This document shows, one piece after another, positions 1-9,985 of a stretch of 64,000 nt of DNA. Numbering within the stretch: position 1 is the first letter of the stretch; each line of letters opens with the position of its first letter. The DNA is from an uncultured Gemmatimonadales bacterium (lineage in GTDB: Bacteria > Gemmatimonadota > Gemmatimonadetes > Gemmatimonadales > Gemmatimonadaceae), in contig CAWKMU010000003.1 in NCBI GenBank assembly GCA_963850905.1, forward strand, positions 3,104,001-3,168,000, read 5' to 3'. Under the pieces are notes generated by a model. That model saw nothing but the letters and a program-made list of their open reading frames with translations. It did not search any database and was not told the DNA's origin. The translations under genes were made by a program, and so were the position numbers.

Positions 1-1
1 G

Positions 2-2275
2 TCGAATGCGCTCATCCAGTCGCTCAATCCGGCGCAGCGCGAGGCGGTCGAGCACGACGAAGGACCGCTCCTGGTGCTCGCAGGTGCCGGCTCCGGCAAG
101 ACCCGAGTTCTGACCCTCCGGATCGCGCGACTCGTACAGACCCGCGGCGTCGATCCGGCACACATTCTCGCCGTCACCTTCACGAACAAGGCAGCCGGCG
201 AGATGCGCGATCGGCTGGAGCGCGTCTTGGGCGGTGCGCCAACGGGCATGTGGGTTGGAACCTTTCATGCAGTCGGCGCGCGACTCCTGAGGGCCAACGC
301 ATCGCTCGTCGGTCGTACGTCGAGCTTCACGATCTACGATGAAGACGACACCCTGGCCGTCGTGAAGCGCGTCATGGAGGCGCGGGGCATCACGCCGCGT
401 GAGTGGACCCCCAAGGCCCTCCAGTCGGCGATCTCGGACGCGATGAACGCGATGGTGTCGCCGGCGGAATACGCGGCCCTCGCGAACGACGCGCTGACCC
501 GCGCGGCGTCCGGCGTCTACACCGATCTCGACGCCGCAGTCCGATCGAACAATGCGGTGACGTTCGATGACCTGCTCGTGCTGCCGGTCCGCATGCTCAC
601 CGACAACGCCGACCGCCGCGCGGCCTACCAGGACAAGTTCCGGTACATCCTCGTCGACGAGTATCAGGATACAAACCGGGCCCAGTATGCCTTCGTGAAG
701 CTGCTCGCCGCCCACGGCAACGTGACGGTCGTCGGGGACGACGACCAGGTGGTCTACCAGTGGCGCGGCGCGGATATCCGCAACATGCTCGACTTCAACC
801 ACGATTACCCCCAAGCCAGGATCGTTCGGCTCGAGGAGAACTATCGCTCGACCGGCCGCATCCTCGAGCTCGCCAACACGGTGATCGCCGCGAATACGCA
901 GCGGCTGGGCAAGACGCTGCGCACCACGAAGGAGCGCGGAGAGGCGGTTACCGCGATCAGAGCGCTGGACGAGCGTGACGAGGCGGCGGCGATCGCCGAG
1001 GAAATCCTGGCACGACGCCGGCGAGAGCCGGATCTGGCGCTCCGCGACATTGCCATCCTGTACCGCACGAACTCGCAGAGCCGTGCGTTCGAGGAAGCGA
1101 TGCGTCGCCAGGGAATCCCGTACCGCCTGGTTGGCGCGATCCGCTTTTACGACCGGCGCGAGATTCGGGACCTCATGAGCTACCTCAAGCTCATCGCGAA
1201 CCCTGCGGACAATGAAGCGTTCCGACGCGCGATCGCTGTGCCCCGCCGCGGCCTCGGCGAAACGGGCATGGCCCAGCTGGCCGCCGCGGCGAGTCGTGAG
1301 GGGATCTCGCTCCTGGAGGCCCTTGCTCGGCCCACGATCGTCGAGGGACTCCGGCAAAGCGTTCGCGGTGCCGTCGCTGAGTTTGCCGGCCTCGTCATGC
1401 GCCTCCGATCGCTTGCCGCCGAGGCGAGCGTCGACGAGCTGCTGCGAGCGCTGGTCGAAGGCATTCGCTACGGCGATTATCTGCGCGCGGAAGGACCTGA
1501 TGGGGCCGACCGGCTCGACAATATCCGCGAGCTGATCACCAGCGCCGCCGAGACCGTCGCGGAGGATGGTGGCGAGGTGGGACTCACGCCCCTGGAGCAC
1601 TTCCTGCAGCGTACCACCCTCGTCGCCGGAGTCGACCAGCTGGACCCGGCGGCCGACGCCATCGTGATGATGACGGTGCACAACGCCAAAGGCCTCGAGT
1701 TTCCGATGGTCTTCATCGCCGGGCTCGAGGACGGTTTGTTTCCGCTGGCGCGGGCGTACGACGAGCCCGCAATGCTGGAAGAGGAGCGCCGGCTGTTCTA
1801 CGTCGGCATCACGCGAGCAGAACGAAAGCTCTACCTATCGTTCGCCGAGGAGCGGCGCCGAAACGGTGAGCTGATGCCGGGCAAGGAGTCGAGCTTTCTC
1901 GCGGCGGTCCCGAGCGGCATGCTCGAGCGGTGTGACACGATGCGCGTGCGGAGCTCGGGTCGTGTCGCCATGTCGGATGCCGGTCGCTGGAGCGGCGGGG
2001 GAGGGGGGCGGCGTGCCGCAGCCCGGCGGCCGGGCACACCAGTCGCGCTCGGCGCGCACTGGGCGGCCGACATCGAGCCGGCCGACGTATCGCAGGATGC
2101 CCCGGCGTACGTGATCGGGGAGCGCGTGCGCCATCGCACATTTGGCAGCGGCACGATCGCCGAGGTCTCCGGGGGCGGCCGCGACGCGAAAGTCAAAATA
2201 GATTTCGAGGACACGGCGATCGGCCGAAAAACGCTGGTGATCGCTCAGGCGGGGCTCCAGCGCGCACTCGAATGA
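2..2275 (+). CDS. pcrA: ATP-dependent DNA helicase PcrA/UvrD (start lies just upstream of the window)
   Basis: Frame is open from base 2 (SNALIQSLNPAQREAV). Motifs AGAGSGKT, VDEYQD, YRTN, TVHNAKGLEF, EERRLFYVGITRA; C-terminal Tudor-like VRHRTFGSG. Confidence 0.95.
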   Translation, partial: SNALIQSLNPAQREAVEHDEGPLLVLAGAGSGKTRVLTLRIARLVQTRGVDPAHILAVTFTNKAAGEMRDRLERVLGGAPTGMWVGTFHAVGARLLRANASLVGRTSSFTIYDEDDTLAVVKRVMEARGITPREWTPKALQSAISDAMNAMVSPAEYAALANDALTRAASGVYTDLDAAVRSNNAVTFDDLLVLPVRMLTDNADRRAAYQDKFRYILVDEYQDTNRAQYAFVKLLAAHGNVTVVGDDDQVVYQWRGADIRNMLDFNHDYPQARIVRLEENYRSTGRILELANTVIAANTQRLGKTLRTTKERGEAVTAIRALDERDEAAAIAEEILARRRREPDLALRDIAILYRTNSQSRAFEEAMRRQGIPYRLVGAIRFYDRREIRDLMSYLKLIANPADNEAFRRAIAVPRRGLGETGMAQLAAAASREGISLLEALARPTIVEGLRQSVRGAVAEFAGLVMRLRSLAAEASVDELLRALVEGIRYGDYLRAEGPDGADRLDNIRELITSAAETVAEDGGEVGLTPLEHFLQRTTLVAGVDQLDPAADAIVMMTVHNAKGLEFPMVFIAGLEDGLFPLARAYDEPAMLEEERRLFYVGITRAERKLYLSFAEERRRNGELMPGKESSFLAAVPSGMLERCDTMRVRSSGRVAMSDAGRWSGGGGGRRAAARRPGTPVALGAHWAADIEPADVSQDAPAYVIGERVRHRTFGSGTIAEVSGGGRDAKVKIDFEDTAIGRKTLVIAQAGLQRALE

Positions 2276-2344
2276 ATTGTCGACGCCGATAGCGCACCTG
2301 TAGCAGCAGGCGCGCGCCGGCCTTTCTCGCGCGAGGAGAGCTCA

Positions 2345-2698
2345 ATGAGCGTGGAGCTGGACGAAGTTCGCCATATCGCGTCCCTCGCGCGCCTGGGGAT
2401 CCCCGCCGAACGCCTGGGCGTGCTGGCCCAAGAGCTGTCCGGCATCCTGGCGCACATGGCGGTGTTGCAGCGAGTGGACACGAGCGGCGCCGAGGACCTC
2501 ACGTCGATTGAGACACCGTGGCGCGAAGACCACGGTCCGTCCACGCGTTTGCTGCGGCCCATCGAAGCGTTCGCTCCGGAGGTGCGCGACGGATTCTTCA
2601 TCGTTCCGCGATTGGCAACACACGGCGGTCGATCGCCAGCCGGCGGTGGTGGCTCGAGCGACGAAGCCGAATCCGTAGAGCCCGAGGATCTGTCATGA
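2345..2698 (+). CDS. gatC: Asp/Glu-tRNA amidotransferase subunit C
   Basis: [11 protein letters not shown]...[22 protein letters not shown]; upstream of gatA/gatB. Confidence 0.9.
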   Translation: MSVELDEVRHIASLARLGIPAERLGVLAQELSGILAHMAVLQRVDTSGAEDLTSIETPWREDHGPSTRLLRPIEAFAPEVRDGFFIVPRLATHGGRSPAGGGGSSDEAESVEPEDLS

Positions 2699-4110
2699 GC
2701 GTCGAGCGGGTGCGCGCAGCGCTGGCACGCGCTGCAGAAGTGCACGCGGGCCGTGACGGCCTCAATCTGATCGTGACGCAAAACCCCAACGCGGAACGGG
2801 ACGCGGCGGCAGCGGAGGCAGATCTGGCCAATCCGATCCGCCACCCTCTCCGGGGCGTGCCGGTCGCCATCAAGGACAATATCGCCACGGGCGATCTGCC
2901 CACGACGTGCGCGTCGCGCATTCTGAAGGGGTATGTCAGCCCATATGAAGCGACCGTCGTGCGACGACTGCGCGATGCGGGTGCCGTCGTGCTCTGCACG
3001 ACCAACATGGACGAATTCGCCATGGGGTCGTCGACTGAGCACAGTGCCTACGGCCCGACGCGCAACCCGGTCGACCCATCGAGAGTGCCGGGTGGATCGT
3101 CTGGCGGCTCGGCGGCCGCCGTCGCGGCGGGAATCGTATCCATTGCCCTGGGGTCCGAGACCGGCGGATCGGTGCGCCAACCCGCGAGCTTCTGTGGCGT
3201 CGTGGGCGTCAAGCCGACGTACGGTCGCGTGAGTCGGTATGGGCTCGTCGCCTTCGCGTCCTCATTGGACCAGGTCGGCGTCTTCGGTCGCACGGTGGCC
3301 GACGCCGCGCTCGGACTGCGGGTCATCGCGGGCCGCGATCCGTACGATGCGACATCGGCGCCGCTCGCGGTCCCCGACTATAGTGCCGCTGCGGCTCGCG
3401 GCTCGGACGGCGCGAGCCCGCTCGCGGGGCGCGTGATCGGCCGGCCGCGCGAGTACTTCCCCCCGGGACTGGACGGCGAGATTCGCGAGCGCTGCGACGC
3501 TGCGCTGGCCGAGCTCACGAAGCTTGGCGCGACAATCCGGGACGTGTCGTTGCCGCATACGGACTATGCGATTCCGGTGTACTACATCGTCGCGCCCGCC
3601 GAAGCGTCGTCCAACCTCGCCCGCTTCGATGGCGTTCGCTACGGCCTCCGCGTCGAGGCGGACGCGCTGGCTGCGATGTACGAGGGCACGCGATCCGCCG
3701 GCTTCGGTCCCGAAGTGACACGACGCATTTTGCTCGGCACGTACGTGCTGTCGTCGGGCTACTACGACGCGTACTACCGGCGCGCGCAGGAAGTGCGCGC
3801 ACTCGTCACGCGGGATTTCCGCCAGGTCTTCGCGTCGGGGGTCGACCTGCTCTTCACGCCGACGACACCAGCGCCGGCCTTCCCGATTGGGGCGATATCG
3901 GACCCGTACGAGATGTATCTGAACGACATCTTCACCGCGACCGCCAACCTCGCAGGGGTACCGGCAATATCAGTTCCGATCGGGCTGGCGCACGGGCTCC
4001 CGGTGGGCGGTCAGCTCATCGCCCCGCACTTCGGTGAGGAGATGATGTTCGTGGGGGCCGCGGCACTCGAACGAAGCTGCGCCGTCGTGCGGGCCGCGGT
4101 GGCGGCATGA
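2695..4110 (+). CDS. gatA: Asp/Glu-tRNA amidotransferase subunit A
   Basis: Amidase signature [41 protein letters not shown] 2695 overlaps gatC stop (ATGA). Confidence 0.95.
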   Translation: MSVERVRAALARAAEVHAGRDGLNLIVTQNPNAERDAAAAEADLANPIRHPLRGVPVAIKDNIATGDLPTTCASRILKGYVSPYEATVVRRLRDAGAVVLCTTNMDEFAMGSSTEHSAYGPTRNPVDPSRVPGGSSGGSAAAVAAGIVSIALGSETGGSVRQPASFCGVVGVKPTYGRVSRYGLVAFASSLDQVGVFGRTVADAALGLRVIAGRDPYDATSAPLAVPDYSAAAARGSDGASPLAGRVIGRPREYFPPGLDGEIRERCDAALAELTKLGATIRDVSLPHTDYAIPVYYIVAPAEASSNLARFDGVRYGLRVEADALAAMYEGTRSAGFGPEVTRRILLGTYVLSSGYYDAYYRRAQEVRALVTRDFRQVFASGVDLLFTPTTPAPAFPIGAISDPYEMYLNDIFTATANLAGVPAISVPIGLAHGLPVGGQLIAPHFGEEMMFVGAAALERSCAVVRAAVAA

Positions 4111-5552
4111 GCGCAGCGACCGCGGGTCTCACCGTCAGCTACGAGATGGTCGTGGGCCTCGAGGTTCACGTCCAGCTCAAGACGACCACCAAGGCGTTCT
4201 GCTCGTGCTCGGCCGCTTATGGGGCACCGCCGAATACCAACGTTTGCCCGGTGTGCCTGGCGCTCCCTGGGGCGCTGCCGGTGCTCAACGCGCGCGTCGT
4301 CGATCTCGCGGTGCGCGCCGCAATCGCGCTGGGCTGCACAGTGCATCATGAATCGATTTTTGCCCGCAAGCATTACTTCTATCCGGATTTGCCCAAGGGA
4401 TACCAGATCTCCCAGTACGATCGTCCGCTCGCGACGGCGGGTACGCTGTCAATCGGTGATCGCGCTGTGCGCATCACGCGTGTGCATGTCGAAGAGGATG
4501 CGGGCAAGTCGATCCACGACCGGTATCCCGATGCCACGGCGATCGACTTGAATCGGGCCGGCGTCCCGCTGATCGAGATCGTGAGCGAGCCGGATATGCG
4601 GTCCGCAGCCGAGGCAGGGCGCTACCTCCGCACGCTCAAGCAGACGATGGAATACATCGGCGTGAGCGATGTGAACATGGAAGAGGGCAGCTTGCGCGTC
4701 GACGCCAACGTCAGTGCGCGACCGGTCGGAACGACCACCCTTGGCACGAAGACCGAAGTGAAAAATCTCAACTCCTTCGGCTACGTCGAGCGCGCGCTTG
4801 CGGCTGAATTCCAGCGGCAATGCGGGCTGCTCGAGCGGGGCGAGCGGGTCGAGCAGCAAACGATGCTGTGGGATGCCGCGCGCGCGGTCGTGCGACCCGC
4901 GCGCTCCAAGGAAGAGAGCCATGACTACCGCTACTTTCCCGAGCCCGACCTCCCGCCGCTCGTGATCACGAGCGACCGAATCGCCGCGGCCCGTGAGGCG
5001 CTCCCAGAGCTTCCCGGCGCACGCCGCGCTCGCTACGCGGAGAAGTTCAGCCTGTCGGTCGGCGAGATCGATCCGCTGGTCGATCAGCCTCGCCTGGGCG
5101 AATACTTCGAGGCCGTGGCCTCCGCCCACGGTGACGCGAAGGCCAGCGCAAACTGGGTCCTGAGCGAAGTGCTCGCGTATCTCAACGCGCACAACCTGGA
5201 CATCGCGCACTTCCCCATGTCCCCAACGACCCTGAGCGGGCTGCTGGCCCTCGTCCGCTCGGGCACAGTGAGTCACACCGCCGCCAAGACGGTGTTTGCG
5301 GAGATGGCGCGGAGTGGCGAAGACGCGGGGCGCGTCGCGCAGCGGTTGGCGGTCACCCAGGTGGGTGATGAGAGCGCACTCGAACGGTGGATCGATGAAG
5401 TGTTGGCCGAGAATCCAGCGGAGGCGCAGCGCTATCTGGCGGGCGAGCGGAAGCTGCAAGGACCGCTCGTGGGACAGGTGATGAAGAAGTCCCAGGGACG
5501 CGCCGACCCGAAGCGCGTCAATCAGCTGTTGGCTAAGCGCCTCGGTGGATAA
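4107..5552 (+). CDS. gatB: Asp/Glu-tRNA amidotransferase subunit B
   Basis: [40 protein letters not shown]. Confidence 0.97.
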   Translation: MSAATAGLTVSYEMVVGLEVHVQLKTTTKAFCSCSAAYGAPPNTNVCPVCLALPGALPVLNARVVDLAVRAAIALGCTVHHESIFARKHYFYPDLPKGYQISQYDRPLATAGTLSIGDRAVRITRVHVEEDAGKSIHDRYPDATAIDLNRAGVPLIEIVSEPDMRSAAEAGRYLRTLKQTMEYIGVSDVNMEEGSLRVDANVSARPVGTTTLGTKTEVKNLNSFGYVERALAAEFQRQCGLLERGERVEQQTMLWDAARAVVRPARSKEESHDYRYFPEPDLPPLVITSDRIAAAREALPELPGARRARYAEKFSLSVGEIDPLVDQPRLGEYFEAVASAHGDAKASANWVLSEVLAYLNAHNLDIAHFPMSPTTLSGLLALVRSGTVSHTAAKTVFAEMARSGEDAGRVAQRLAVTQVGDESALERWIDEVLAENPAEAQRYLAGERKLQGPLVGQVMKKSQGRADPKRVNQLLAKRLGG

Positions 5553-6421
5553 AGCGGCGCCGCCAGCGCCGCAGCGTACGGCAGCGTCGACGCCGGAAGC
5601 CCGAAATGACGGACGGCTTCATGCTCGACGTGCGTGCGACCGCGGCGTAGCGCGGCTCGACGGACGCGCTTGGCGCGTCGCAAGGGTTCATCACCGGACG
5701 GATCGAGCGAAAACGGCTCGGAGCGGTCGAAGCGCTTCAACAGATCGATAATGAAGTCGTACGAGCGCGCCATGTAGGACCCGACGTCCTCGTCAGGCAG
5801 ATCCCAGCGGCTATTCTCGGCGACGATCTGGAAGATGCGCTGCCACGACTCCGTATCGGTGACGTAGACCATCCCGCGGAAAATCCGCCGATTGGTCTGG
5901 GTGCTGAAGATGGTCGGACTCAAAATGCGATCGAGATGGGCGTCGGCACTCAGGTGGTCGCCCGCCAGCAGGTCGTGCGCGCGCCGGCTGTAACCTTCGC
6001 CCAGGTGGGTCTCGAACCGACTCTCCCAGTAGCTGTGTCCGAGCGCGGTGGTGCTGGATGTCAGTGCCAGCTGGCGCGGCACGAAGTAGTTGTGCGCGAC
6101 CGCGTCGGCTGCCAGGTGGGCGAGGTACCCGAAGGCAAACGCCCGGAGCGGCGTGTCCTCCGCACGCTCGAAGATCTCGAGGCCGACACGCCATGAGTGA
6201 CAGTGCCGGCCGACCGGGGCATACTTCTTCGCAATGCTGGTGTCCGCCGCAATGGAGCCGTACAGGAACTCGTACGGGAATGCCCGCAGCAGATCCGACA
6301 CGCCAGTCGGGAGCACATCCAGTGAGCGCATGACCGCCTCGCCCAGAAAGACGTGAGTGCCTGGCGTCCAGGCGTACGCAGCGTTGGGGGTCAGTGCGAG
6401 TGCGATCACGACCCCGGCCAC
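5522..6421 (-). CDS. Zinc-dependent phospholipase C family protein (true start may be CTG at 6481)
   Basis: Hydrophobic segment ending AYA then W-x4-H (WTPGTH); GYLAHLAADAVAHN and HSYWE metal-ligand motifs. Confidence 0.7.
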   Translation of the reverse strand: MAGVVIALALTPNAAYAWTPGTHVFLGEAVMRSLDVLPTGVSDLLRAFPYEFLYGSIAADTSIAKKYAPVGRHCHSWRVGLEIFERAEDTPLRAFAFGYLAHLAADAVAHNYFVPRQLALTSSTTALGHSYWESRFETHLGEGYSRRAHDLLAGDHLSADAHLDRILSPTIFSTQTNRRIFRGMVYVTDTESWQRIFQIVAENSRWDLPDEDVGSYMARSYDFIIDLLKRFDRSEPFSLDPSGDEPLRRAKRVRRAALRRGRTHVEHEAVRHFGLPASTLPYAAALAAPLYPPRRLANS

Positions 6422-6477
6422 GATGACACCCAGACCTGCCGCTCGGCTCCAAAACGCCGCGGCGCGACGCTCAGGCG

Positions 6478-7110
6478 TCAGAGTCGGCTCCGCCGGGAGC
6501 GGGTTCGAGGCCCCGACGCTTTGTCGGCGGCTGGTCGCTGGACCTCCCTCGCATGACCCAAGCCCTCCGTCTCGTACGACTCCTGCAACTCGTCCGGCGG
6601 CGCGAGATCTGAGGCGGCCGTGGCCTCGGACGGCGAATCGGGCTCCGTCGGCCCCTGTGCGTCGACCCGGTCAGCCAGGCCGAGGATGCCGCGCAGCACT
6701 GATGCCCCAGCACGCAGCCCCCGTGCCGCGGCGACTACGTCGACCAGCGCTTCCTCGACTTCGGTTTGCGCCGCGCCGACCACGGCATCGAGGCGTCGCA
6801 ACCGCTGGTCGGCCCCCCGGATGGCGGCACGCGCCCGGTCGTTCGCGTCGCCCACGGTTTCATGAATGGCCTGTACATCAGAGTGGATCGTGGCGGTGGC
6901 GCCCTCGAGGTTTCGGGCCACCCGCCCCAGCGTCGCGAGCAGCGGCACGAGATCGCGTTGGACGACCGCTAGCTGCCCCCGCGCACGGCCCAACGCCCGC
7001 CACGCGAGGAAACCGCCGACGGCCACCCCGATCAGGAAAAGGCACGCGACGATGGACAGCACGCCGTTCGCGACCGCGACGACGTTCTGAAAGGCCGACG
7101 GTTCGGTCAT
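6478..7110 (-). CDS. Membrane-anchored coiled-coil protein (DUF948/YoxC-like)
   Basis: Single N-terminal TM helix, amphipathic heptads, disordered tail. Confidence 0.55.
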   Translation of the reverse strand: MTEPSAFQNVVAVANGVLSIVACLFLIGVAVGGFLAWRALGRARGQLAVVQRDLVPLLATLGRVARNLEGATATIHSDVQAIHETVGDANDRARAAIRGADQRLRRLDAVVGAAQTEVEEALVDVVAAARGLRAGASVLRGILGLADRVDAQGPTEPDSPSEATAASDLAPPDELQESYETEGLGHAREVQRPAADKASGPRTRSRRSRL

Positions 7111-7279
7111 GTGTTGTATCTAGCGCGGCACACTAACACCCACCAGGGTCAGCAGCACGACGCTGGCCCGGTCGTCAGTGAAACAGGAAACGTGATCGAC
7201 ACTCCTTCCACTCGTCCTCTTGCTGTCGTTCCTTTCGACGTCGCTTGTCTGCTCAACCCTGCCACCGGCTGCATCTGTC

Positions 7280-8575
7280 ATGTCTCCCACGCGATTTCTG
7301 GTCGAGGGCGGCCACCGTCTCAATGGGACGATCCGGCCGTCTGGTAACAAAAACGCGGCATTGCCCATCATCGCGGCGACGCTGCTGACAGACCAGCCGG
7401 TCGAGCTCGATAATATCCCGCGCATCGCAGATACCGAGACGCTCGTCGATCTGGTTCGGTCCCTCGGCACCGACATTGAGTGGACCGCGCGCAACTCGCT
7501 GCGCGTGCACGCCGCCAAGGTCCACTGTGCGGCGCTCGACCCACAACTCTGCGCCAGTATCCGCGCATCGATCCTGCTGGCCGGCCCCCTGCTGTTCCGG
7601 TGCGGCGAGGTGTTCCTCCCACCGCCCGGCGGCGACGTCATCGGACGCCGCCGCGTGGATACGCATTTCCTGGCGCTCGAGCAACTCGGGGCGACAACCA
7701 CAGTCGACGGCGGCTTTCACCTCCGCGCCAAGCGCCTGCGCGGCGCCGACGTGTTTCTGGACGAGCCCAGCGTGACTGCCACCGAAAACGCCTTGATGGC
7801 CGCTGCTGTCGCGGAAGGCACCACTGTCTTGCGCAACGCGGCAAGCGAGCCGCACGTGCAGGATCTCGCCCGGTTTCTTGTCACACTCGGGTCGGACATC
7901 GAAGGAATCGGCACGAACACCATGACCGTGCACGGCAAGCAGCTCTTGTCGGGCGGGCGTCATCGTGTCGGCCCGGATCACATCGAGGTCGGTTCATTCA
8001 TCGGCATGGCGGCGGTTACGTGCTCGCCGCTGCGCATCGCGGATGCGGGGGTCGAGCACCTTCGCGCCGTTCGGATGGGCTTCGAGCGACTCGGCGTGAT
8101 CTGCGAAGTCGACGGCGCGGACCTGCTCGTCGGAGGCGATCAACCGCGGGAGATCCTTTCGGACCTGGGCGGCCACGTGCCGAAGCTCGAAGACCAGCCG
8201 TGGCCCGCGTTCCCGGCAGATTTGATGTCGATCGCGATTGTCACGGCGACGCAGTGCAAGGGATTGATTCTCATGCACGAGAAGATGTTTGAGTCACGCA
8301 TGTTCTTCGTGGACAAGTTGATCGGCATGGGCGCACGCATCGTGCTCTGCGACCCGCACCGTGCGCTCGTCGCCGGTCCGTCGGAGCTCCGCGCGGCGAC
8401 GGTCGAATCTCCAGATATCCGCGCGGGCATGGCCATCCTGCTCGCCGCGCTGTGCGCTCGGGGAACGAGCACCATCAACAACGTGCGCCAGATCGACCGG
8501 GGCTACGAGCGCATCGACGAGCGACTCAATGCCCTCGGCGCGCGCATCCGTCGCGTGGATGATGCGCGGGGATGA
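7280..8575 (+). CDS. murA: UDP-N-acetylglucosamine 1-carboxyvinyltransferase (Asp in place of active-site Cys)
   Basis: GNKNAALP, RASIL, PGGDVIGRR, SVTATEN, EPHV, PDIRAG, IDRGYE. Confidence 0.95.
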   Translation: MSPTRFLVEGGHRLNGTIRPSGNKNAALPIIAATLLTDQPVELDNIPRIADTETLVDLVRSLGTDIEWTARNSLRVHAAKVHCAALDPQLCASIRASILLAGPLLFRCGEVFLPPPGGDVIGRRRVDTHFLALEQLGATTTVDGGFHLRAKRLRGADVFLDEPSVTATENALMAAAVAEGTTVLRNAASEPHVQDLARFLVTLGSDIEGIGTNTMTVHGKQLLSGGRHRVGPDHIEVGSFIGMAAVTCSPLRIADAGVEHLRAVRMGFERLGVICEVDGADLLVGGDQPREILSDLGGHVPKLEDQPWPAFPADLMSIAIVTATQCKGLILMHEKMFESRMFFVDKLIGMGARIVLCDPHRALVAGPSELRAATVESPDIRAGMAILLAALCARGTSTINNVRQIDRGYERIDERLNALGARIRRVDDARG

Positions 8576-9362
8576 GCCAGTCGGAGTGACATCCGCTGTG
8601 GGTGCCGCGGCCGAAGTGCACGCCAGCCCGCGACCGAAATACATCGAGATCGATGATTTTGCGCTGTTCGGGGTGCGCGCAGGCATCAGCACCCGCACGG
8701 CCGGAGACCTCGCGCTCAACGGCGAGGGTCCAGTCGGCGAGGTACTACTTCGCTGGGAGGCCCTGCGCCAGGCTGTCGGCGCCGGTGGGCCAGGGTCCCG
8801 ATTTGCCACAGCGAAGCAGGTGCACGGCACTCGCGTACTGCAACACGGCCGGGGGTGGGCTGGGTGGCTGCGCGCCGACGAAGGGGACGGCCATTTCGCC
8901 GGCGAGCCGGGCATCGGGCTGGGCGTCACGGTCGCGGACTGTGTGCCTGTCTTCCTGGCACATCCCTCCGGCGCGATCGGCCTGGTCCATGCTGGCTGGC
9001 GCGGCACGGCCGCCGGCATCCTCCGCGTCGCACTCGCTGTATTCCACGAGTACCGAATGTCGCCCGCAGACGTGCGCGTGCACCTGGGCCCCGCGATCTG
9101 CGGGCACTGTTATGAGGTGGGAGCGGACGTTTACGCCCAACTCACCGGCTCGCAAACGGGCGCGTCGCGCCCGGTCGACCTGCGCGCCCTCCTCGCCCAG
9201 CAGGCTGAGTCCGCTGGTGTGCGGCATGTCACGACCAGTCCGTTCTGCACTCGGTGCGACAACGCGCTCTTCTTCTCCCACCGCGCGGGGGATGGAGGTC
9301 GCCAAGTGGCGGCGATAGCGTCGCCCTCAGGCGCTAAAGGCCAAACGTCCAGTCCTGCTTGA
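8562..9362 (+). CDS. pgeF: Peptidoglycan editing factor / polyphenol oxidase-like (YfiH) protein
   Basis: QVHG, ADCVPV, HAGWRG, GPAICGHCYEVG, FFSHR; start approximate. Confidence 0.85.
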   Translation: MRGDEPVGVTSAVGAAAEVHASPRPKYIEIDDFALFGVRAGISTRTAGDLALNGEGPVGEVLLRWEALRQAVGAGGPGSRFATAKQVHGTRVLQHGRGWAGWLRADEGDGHFAGEPGIGLGVTVADCVPVFLAHPSGAIGLVHAGWRGTAAGILRVALAVFHEYRMSPADVRVHLGPAICGHCYEVGADVYAQLTGSQTGASRPVDLRALLAQQAESAGVRHVTTSPFCTRCDNALFFSHRAGDGGRQVAAIASPSGAKGQTSSPA

Positions 9363-9386
9363 CCTTCGAGCGCAGCGCGCTAAGTT
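9359..9386 (+). promoter_or_regulatory. Putative sigma70 promoter of the rimP-nusA-infB operon
   Basis: TTGACC-16 nt-TAAGTT. Confidence 0.5.
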
Positions 9387-9419
9387 TCCGGCACTGGGGA
9401 CATTAGGCGTTCCCGGCTG

Positions 9420-9448
9420 AATGTGGGGGAGGTTCCCCACATTTTTTT
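9420..9448 (+). terminator. rimP-leader hairpin with U-tract (attenuator-like)
   Basis: AATGTGGGG-gaggtt-CCCCACATT-TTTTT, about 50 nt before the rimP start. Confidence 0.7.
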
Positions 9449-9496
9449 ATTCCGTTTTCGGTCTGCGCAGGCGGCGAAGCGAACTGCCCAGGACAC

Positions 9497-9985
9497 ATGA
9501 ACAAAGACCTGGAAAGCGTTGTCGAACGCGAAGTTGACGCGATAGGTTACGATATCGTGCTCCTCCGGCAGGGCGGCACCAAATCGCGCCCCGTCCTGGA
9601 GTTGCGTATCGACCGACGCGACGGCGAGCCCGTGAGCATCGCCGACTGCGTCCGCGTATCCCGTGCGGTCGAAGCGCGGCTAGATGCAGGATCGGGAGAG
9701 GCAGCGCCCTTCGCCGGCCGTCGCTACGAGTTGCAGGTCTCGTCACCGGGCGACGCACAACGACCACGCGCTGGGCACGCGTCCTCACAACACCTGGACG
9801 AGTTGACCCCGGGATCGGGAGAGACAGCACATGCCTTGCCCTCGTCGGCCGGACCATCGGGCGCCGGGGCGCGCAAGACCGAACGGGAACGATCTGACAT
9901 ATCGACAAGAGAGTCGGAGGGGCCGCACAGCGGACGCGCCGACGTTCACACGGACGATGGGAGTCGCAATGGTCGGTTCGACTGA
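9497..9985 (+). CDS. rimP: Ribosome maturation factor RimP (N-terminal domain only, atypical C-terminus)
   Basis: LELRIDRRDG, SIADCVRVSRAVEARLD, YELQVSSPG; located upstream of nusA. Confidence 0.8.
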   Translation: MNKDLESVVEREVDAIGYDIVLLRQGGTKSRPVLELRIDRRDGEPVSIADCVRVSRAVEARLDAGSGEAAPFAGRRYELQVSSPGDAQRPRAGHASSQHLDELTPGSGETAHALPSSAGPSGAGARKTERERSDISTRESEGPHSGRADVHTDDGSRNGRFD

